A DNA stretch of 59,999 bases from contig CAZSBQ010000001.1 of assembly GCA_964604795.1 (NCBI GenBank), positions 1 through 59,999 of the forward strand. Reading direction: 5' to 3'. Source of the stretch: an uncultured Victivallales bacterium (GTDB lineage Bacteria > Verrucomicrobiota > Lentisphaeria > Oligosphaerales > CAZSBQ01). The position numbers and the translations under genes were made by a program. This document shows, piece by piece, positions 57,301 through 59,999 of the stretch; the first letter of the stretch is position 1; every line of letters begins with the position of its first letter. The notes below the pieces were generated by a model. That model did not search any database, was not told the origin of the DNA, and saw nothing but the letters and a program-made list of their open reading frames with translations.

Positions 57301-57675
57301 AACGAGGTTGCCGGCGTGTTTGCGGACAGCGCGGACGAACAGGTGCAGGTGTATGAGTGGGAAAATGGCGTGTACAACCGTCCCTCCCACCTCCGCGCAT
57401 ACCGGGGCTACTGGGTGCGCACCGAGGGCAAAACGACCCGGAACCTATCCCTCATACCGGCCTTCGTCGCCGAGTTTCAGCTCGAAAAGGGCTGGAATCT
57501 GCTCGGGGTGCCCTATCCCGCCGCATTGCCTGTTGTTTCGGGCCTGTTTCCCGCAGCCTGGCGGTTTGACGGCGAACGCTACGAACGGGCGACGCGCCTG
57601 TTGCCGGGCACCGCCTACTGGGTGTTCGCATACGAACCGGCTGCCATCACCTTTGCAGAGGAGATTTCTCAATGA
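48394..57675 (+). CDS. giant secreted multidomain protein: papain-like C1 peptidase, FG-GAP propeller, FN3, Kelch propeller, two RCC1 propellers, six B-repeat-like linkers, two cohesin-like modules, cadherin-like domain, shared C-terminal module
   Basis: ORF 48364-57675, with the likely start at ATG 48394 (MMSFRRRAFACSRSWWMLAAFASGF... signal). Candidate C1 triad: QGQAGTCGAYG (Cys codon 48652-48654), VIDHALTIIGYDDN, AVNSWGTGWG. FG-GAP loops are repeated about 7 times (ADADGDGDLDLLIAGG etc.). Kelch-like blades are repeated about 5 times (FNGKLWVFAG, FDDKLWILGG, ...). RCC1 motifs occur in two blocks (GWGENAVGQLGLGD, WGDNTQGQCGTGD, ...). Confidence 0.9.
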   Translation: MMSFRRRAFACSRSWWMLAAFASGFSGILAGSASAGVFDGMTPKQRRYLESRIFVVSTAPQRAELPSSVINTKHLPAVTSQGQAGTCGAYGITYYYKTWQEARERGWTRPNPAVNPERCASPAYSYDLLRHGPQSGASPLEVAQHMVDFGACNWQDMPYDDTSVGSRNWPPADKWRAAMPWRAQAAGIIPKLDQKAGRRALKAHLAGGDLASTAMTASQNLHDYPEGKLTSNNVIYACDTDGGVIDHALTIIGYDDNREYLDEEAGILRRGAFLAVNSWGTGWGIREPTVGTRGFCWLAYQLFDNGGGWPEAVVMRDRRTYNPEFVVELGVAHTEAKLFGTLTTSGRGDHGIQLFPGLNMAPHPTDQSIWIDVSDLLDYGRAGFTLDIRDFSEEAGTLDPLRIESWDGTHALASLSAPVPTVDNNTDPSPVTLYVGRYQQRLDMGAADDLRQGSAAWADADGDGDLDLLIAGGFGGESFERKTLYARNDGEAGFTVLDPGMIAGDSAAWIDIDNDGDVDAIVSASDRIPDSANQTVVYRNDGGATFTALAQTLPAANAGALAVGDFDNDGRMDLCIGNDGETAVWLNRGGGSFSKRTAGLPALGAYADGYAIRAADLNGDHRLDLVLSGIGDDEATRAYLNQGVPLRFSPAPGTLPDVRFPALALADADLDGDLDLVMSGCRGDRQMQLFRNDGAGGFRATETSLPQLRAGNLAWADVNADGRPDLLATGREEEVWGAYPDRYYKNDTLVLTQNADGDFEQFGPPLPDVSRGVANFADVNGDGNPDILVGGTLAQIYEVASDKLTLGVYLHGDTKPGWFDGNTAPNAPTSLNAEHDGHGRVTFTWSGAADAETPEAGLRYQLRCGTTSGGHDVFSGVHLPGTPAAFQRSGHFLDHVPVGTLYWQVRTVDSAGICSSWSAEEQAAVDTYTHPQYLAVDGNAAYEGAVDPAPGTYPHDRGDVVSLTATPAAGYAFSEWQGDIDGVADPAAANTTVTLDADRQLTAVFRRIADPARPAWTLAADGVSGYYATQQHTLEFFDGYLLRMGGQTSSWALQNLVYASNDDGQTWRQLWQVAWNDHEIEFSVPWPARAGHCSEVFNGKLWVFAGEGAEDFLADVWRASDVFTWERVTDAAPWGRRINAGSAVFDDKLWILGGEKFAGGGNPLDRFSDVWSSADGENWTQVTDNAPWPAGTVEATTFNGSLIVLARSEVWQSADGENWNALTLDAPFGQLLDTCLEAFNGKLVVVGGYDNTTWQRSDQTWTSLDGVNWSEIAPDPDSHWSARSHTASCVEGDRLWLVGGKQADGDIADDAWYLGAGELPDTMGRLRLFVEPLAGGRIKPPGNTSYVDDLGTDFSLVANPAIGYAFDHWEGPVADPDSAETTVALERDTEVTAHFTTTNTALAITFQPDIRVGGVSVSPGTSDREWDWEADTITYMHPRGAELTVQATPKFGYVFDHWEGDLSGTSGTADLVLDEPRNITAVFVEDPILSTGTLACSDTWAAVIKADGTAWAAGTNDNRQQGHALAPDQPGEFWPVAIASNVRQLFLAKNGGLGITSNGDLLGWGPAWGGLADYELAAHPVLTSLDSGIRGCAGAFGLTTDRNLYFFDRYGKLFDSVNRSVDLGFDSDLGDIVALAEGPNTVFAVTRDGKLYGWGENAVGQLGLGDSLPTHERPQRVRTGGGVRRVACGHDPVRVFTLALLDDLTVASWGDNSRGQLGRTVDESTPTALSAAVPELANIVKISAGDGHGLALDQNGNLHAWGDNTFAQLGTGDFDDAAAPVPVATDIADIAAGPLYTLVRRTDGAFAWCGQVPGRDQPLMTLTEIPGLAYDDPSLTLEVAVEPSGIGEFSPRAGRSHIAANRSIPLHAEDTERYEFVHWSENVDDPLGADTALTTSTSTSISVHYRYQAEAAARLAIGAGTGGQVNPADGTHEYEPGTVVTVRADADTGYRFQRWQGPVSDPRSRTTTIIMDRDQSVLANFAELRLEPQPQISTGRNNVMEYDGLTLDSEGKVYDYGATASGSPIPLNGEGDLLENVVALAVGSSHQLALSQDGAVWAWGDNTQGQCGTGDVETDSCGFPQTVLADNVVLQGISRIAAGAQFSLALDPNGFLYSWGNNTRGQLGHSPEADTVPSANPVRDADGDALTDVRAIACGAEFALAALADGTVRGWGNNDAGQLGFIARRGEAIPQAVPRVPAAVNVAAGGACAGMISAEGEVWTWGDNTYGQLGHGTTGGAETPARVNGLPPIVSLAAGPEHMLALDENGTVWAWGRGEMGRLGNGALADSNTPVQVLDPARSAPLSGIQAVAAHAHSYAINSGGRLLQWGYDRNSFGEPDPVSLPWDRLGLGQPDGDGLCALSLSSFPEEGGSVHPNEGLVFVNRGTLVEIQAQPSAGYRFLGWGGDLSGTLATATVRMRDDLAAVAYYELAGPRLRLAPLRMTPGQTSHLEVFLDGESAPLEGVQLELAAPDGFSFGPASYGLNNGPNSELSQTVPEPTRTMAVLVDTDDQAGLLVDGDLPLMSFEIIAEPDCAPGTYTVELSDRTAHTPVVAYADGHLWQRAETEVASVTVDPTQGLVLRLVAAPADSDTDILTTRPAGPSSLRADRDFNVELWLQDRRANGQPVAAAQLDLLLPASLTAVEVNGTEATSAVSGVVNGGTVSDFGGSLAEGAVSLGDWTCVARLRVAPTTAGQASLSIADAAIRLDDDTVLTEPAIALQPGNALDVTFRDNAAPAAQPGPAVSVRWAGQVSGMLGGADDNPDDRLSYTLVDQPEHGEIIAFDAETGAFTYQPHLAYNGPDRFSYTVSDGTLTSDPADQALFVSRGWTATLRRGAGWCVFGQDEEASEDLDTVDLSADSAATVGFEAPDSSGLLQRDLRARDDAPVWRLRAAPAPEITKLEWDSRAIPGGMHLVRVSPKSAVPVLVDMRDRSRLDLAPGVVHEFDLAMPEGYALPLGSGWNLIAFPGTPVRNEVAGVFADSADEQVQVYEWENGVYNRPSHLRAYRGYWVRTEGKTTRNLSLIPAFVAEFQLEKGWNLLGVPYPAALPVVSGLFPAAWRFDGERYERATRLLPGTAYWVFAYEPAAITFAEEISQ

Positions 57676-59999
57676 ATCATCGACACATGTTGCTCGTTTT
57701 AACGCTGAGCGGCGTTCTGGTCGCTGTGACGGGCGCAGCGGAGATCGTCGGTGACGTCAATGGCGACGGCGCCCGCAATGTCGCAGACCGTGTCCTGCTG
57801 GAGTCAATTCTCGACGGGCGCACCGCGGAGGCCGCAGCGGCGGATGTGGATGGCGACGGTGCCGTTGACTCGCGGGATGCCGAAGCGCTGATCGATCTCC
57901 TGCTCGAACGCCCCCCGTACCAGCCCGTCGGAAACTCCGAACTCCCCGCCACCGGCGGCAGCATCACTCTCGGCGCTCTCACTCTCACCGCCGACGCAGA
58001 CGATTTTGCGGAATCCGCAACCGTATACGCGGCATCGGCGGAGCGCAGCCTCGGATTCGATGACGACGCCAACTCGGTGGTGTACCGGCTGGACGGCATT
58101 CCCTACAGCGCCGACGGCGCGGAAACTGGCCTGGCCGTGGCATTGCCGGTGGCCGACAACCGCCGGTCCGTGGTAACAACGATGATCCTGGTGGGCGAGG
58201 AAGTCAACGCGCCGAGCAGTGCGGGCGTCGCGCTGGCCACGCGCCTGGTGCCCGCGCTCGTCGCCGACGGCATGGCTTCGATCGAGCTTCCCCCCATTCC
58301 AGCGCCGCCGCCCGAACTCGAAGAAGAGCTGCCGGAAACCGTCCGGCTCTACGTGCAGCGCGTGGAGGGAATGGAATCATACTCTTTCACCGTTGACGAC
58401 GACGCGCGGGGTGACGCCATATCCCCATTGGAGGGCGAGACTCCCGTCGAACCGGGTTCGTCTGAGGCGGCTCAAGAGGACTTTCGCCCTCCAGAAGGGG
58501 CGGTGCCATACACGCCGCAAGCCTCTCGTACAAGGTCACGCGCGGGGTTGCAGTTGGACTTGGTGACCCCGACCACGACGACCGCCGAGCAGAAGCAGCG
58601 GGTGGTTGATGCCATGACCAACGCCGCCGCCACCATCGCCGGACTTGGGTTCGACCTGACAAAACGCTCCGACCCCGTCAAAATCGAGGTCAAAAAGTTG
58701 AGCAAAGGCACGAGCGGATACTACCAGCCGAGCATGGTCAGCCTGAACTGGACAACGCTGGAAATCAATCAGAGCCTGGTGACGAACCCAACGAAGGAAA
58801 CCACCCTGCGGCGGACGATCATCCACGAGTACTTCCACATGATCCAGGCGCGGTACGACCCGCGCAGCGCCATTGCGCAGGCCAAGTACAACGCTCCCCA
58901 GCTCTGGATTGACGAGGCCGCGTCGGTGTGGATCGAAAAGTACGCGAGCGGCGGAACAATCAGCGATTTCATGGGCAAATACGCCGGGGAAGTGGTGAAG
59001 GGCCTGCATGTGCCGTGCTCGGGATTGAGCTGGACCAACGCGGCCGCCCGAACCAAGGCGCAAAACCACGGATACGGACTCTCCATGATGCTCGAATTCC
59101 TGTTCGGCTCGCACGGGACCGCGGAGAATCCCACGCTGGCGAATGTCTACACGAGCCTGCTCGCGGGAACGTCGGTCGAACAGTCCTTCCTCGATGCCGT
59201 GCCCAATCCGGCGAGTTGGTGGGACGATATGCTGATCGCCTACGCGCAGGGCGACATCGGCGTGCCCCCCGTGGATTTTGCGACCTCGGTCCTCAACAAA
59301 AACCGCTCACTGACCTTCAAAAAGGACCACGCACCGTCGGACACGCTGGAGCGCACGCTGCCGCGGCTCGATGAATTCGAAAGCACCGTCACGTTCGTCA
59401 ATTGGAACTGGAAGAGCCAGCCCCCCGATCACGGGAAACGACGTCTGGTCGCTGAACTCGCGGCGGACGACGACCAGTTCGCGATCATGGGGGTTCAGCC
59501 AAAAACAGGACGAAAAAGCGGCAATGTGCTGCGCGGCAAAAGCATGGCACTGGGGATTCTGGACGGGCGACACCACACGCTGTGGACGGACGAGATGACG
59601 CTGTCCGACAACGGGCAGTCGCTCATGCCCGGCCACTACCTGCTCGCGCGCCGGCTGGTCGATTCCGCCGCCGAGGCCGCGCGTCCCGTCCTGAAGGTAT
59701 GGTACGTCGACACGCGCGTGCCGCTGGAGCATGCGCAGGGAAGCATGGCCCTGCGCAAGTACACGGTCAGCGGACACATCGAATGTGATCAGATATTGAA
59801 GCTCGACAGCTACCCGCTCCCCATCTTGAACGTGGAAATGGACGGCGCGATCAACCTCCCCGTTTCCCTCGCCATCGACAGCACCGCCGATCCGGACAGC
59901 TACTACACAACCCAAAGGTATGAAATCGAGGTGACCCATTATAGCGCCGACACAACCCAGACCAGCGTCGACACCTTCGGCCCCTTCGCCGGCGAGAAC
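57672..59999 (+). CDS. secreted dockerin-domain protein with HExxH (gluzincin-like) metalloprotease motif; 3' end outside the window
   Basis: This ORF is not in the supplied track because it has no stop before the window end. My own translation in the frame of ATG 57672 found no stop through 59999. The ATG overlaps the upstream TGA as ATGA (57672-57675). Signal peptide MNHRHMLLVLTLSGVLVAVTGAAE. Dockerin-like duplicated Ca loops DVNGDGARNVAD and DVDGDGAVDSRD lie at 57747-57911. HEYFH is at 58824-58838, followed by LWIDEAASVW. Confidence 0.8.
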   Translation, partial: MNHRHMLLVLTLSGVLVAVTGAAEIVGDVNGDGARNVADRVLLESILDGRTAEAAAADVDGDGAVDSRDAEALIDLLLERPPYQPVGNSELPATGGSITLGALTLTADADDFAESATVYAASAERSLGFDDDANSVVYRLDGIPYSADGAETGLAVALPVADNRRSVVTTMILVGEEVNAPSSAGVALATRLVPALVADGMASIELPPIPAPPPELEEELPETVRLYVQRVEGMESYSFTVDDDARGDAISPLEGETPVEPGSSEAAQEDFRPPEGAVPYTPQASRTRSRAGLQLDLVTPTTTTAEQKQRVVDAMTNAAATIAGLGFDLTKRSDPVKIEVKKLSKGTSGYYQPSMVSLNWTTLEINQSLVTNPTKETTLRRTIIHEYFHMIQARYDPRSAIAQAKYNAPQLWIDEAASVWIEKYASGGTISDFMGKYAGEVVKGLHVPCSGLSWTNAAARTKAQNHGYGLSMMLEFLFGSHGTAENPTLANVYTSLLAGTSVEQSFLDAVPNPASWWDDMLIAYAQGDIGVPPVDFATSVLNKNRSLTFKKDHAPSDTLERTLPRLDEFESTVTFVNWNWKSQPPDHGKRRLVAELAADDDQFAIMGVQPKTGRKSGNVLRGKSMALGILDGRHHTLWTDEMTLSDNGQSLMPGHYLLARRLVDSAAEAARPVLKVWYVDTRVPLEHAQGSMALRKYTVSGHIECDQILKLDSYPLPILNVEMDGAINLPVSLAIDSTADPDSYYTTQRYEIEVTHYSADTTQTSVDTFGPFAGEN

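Noticed and set aside
1-59999. Search by eye for CRISPR arrays, tRNA/rRNA genes, transposases, integrases, toxin-antitoxin pairs and known defence-system genes
   Set aside because: None was recognised. The only direct-repeat array (11647-11952) has no spacers, and the inverted-repeat elements carry no ORF.

Overview
This is a visibly GC-rich, almost fully coding bacterial chromosomal segment. I found no rRNA, tRNA, CRISPR array, transposase or phage genes. The gene content suggests a Gram-negative of the PVC type (Verrucomicrobiota, Kiritimatiellota or Lentisphaerota-like). That placement rests on a PEP-CTERM protein, giant TPR and multi-propeller secreted proteins, a Lol-type transporter and OM barrels, and it is inference only.

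Layout:
(1) 0.8-17.8 kb is a TonB-dependent uptake locus. It holds four secreted proteins or lipoproteins (one with a PEP-CTERM anchor), a 1076-aa TonB-dependent receptor, and a six-gene Vibrio-TonB2-like energising module (DUF3450/TtpB-like, long MotA/ExbB TtpC-like, ExbB, ExbD, TonB, TPR/TtpD-like). A ~300-bp tandem hairpin-repeat array interrupts that module. The locus ends with an 820-aa cadherin-repeat protein.
(2) 17.8-22.5 kb encodes a 1558-aa membrane-anchored TPR protein.
(3) 22.5-23.1 kb is a hairpin-rich non-coding gap.
(4) 23.1-30.1 kb carries a porin plus pstSCAB-phoU, with a 146-bp inverted-repeat element between pstB and phoU.
(5) 30.2-33.9 kb, minus strand, is a tightly coupled FHA-MoxR ATPase / small membrane protein / LolC-E / LolD operon.
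(6) 34.2-36.5 kb encodes a lipoprotein and a parvulin PPIase.
(7) 36.7-48.3 kb is an envelope or exopolysaccharide locus: methyltransferase, uppP, four glycosyltransferases, an SGNH-like protein, a carbamoyltransferase with its two small membrane partners (one apparently frameshifted), and a NodB deacetylase.
(8) 48.4-57.7 kb encodes a 3093-3103-aa secreted protein. It combines a papain-like protease, FG-GAP, Kelch and two RCC1 propellers, two cohesin-like modules and a cadherin-like domain.
(9) From 57672 to the window end there is an ORF absent from the supplied track. It encodes signal peptide, dockerin-like domain and an HExxH protein, and it is translationally coupled (ATGA) to the giant gene.

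The most interesting candidate is this cohesin/dockerin-linked two-protease gene pair. Next is a ~300-aa uncharacterised C-terminal module shared by the giant protein and the 820-aa cadherin protein. All family assignments come from motif recognition by eye. No database search was run.
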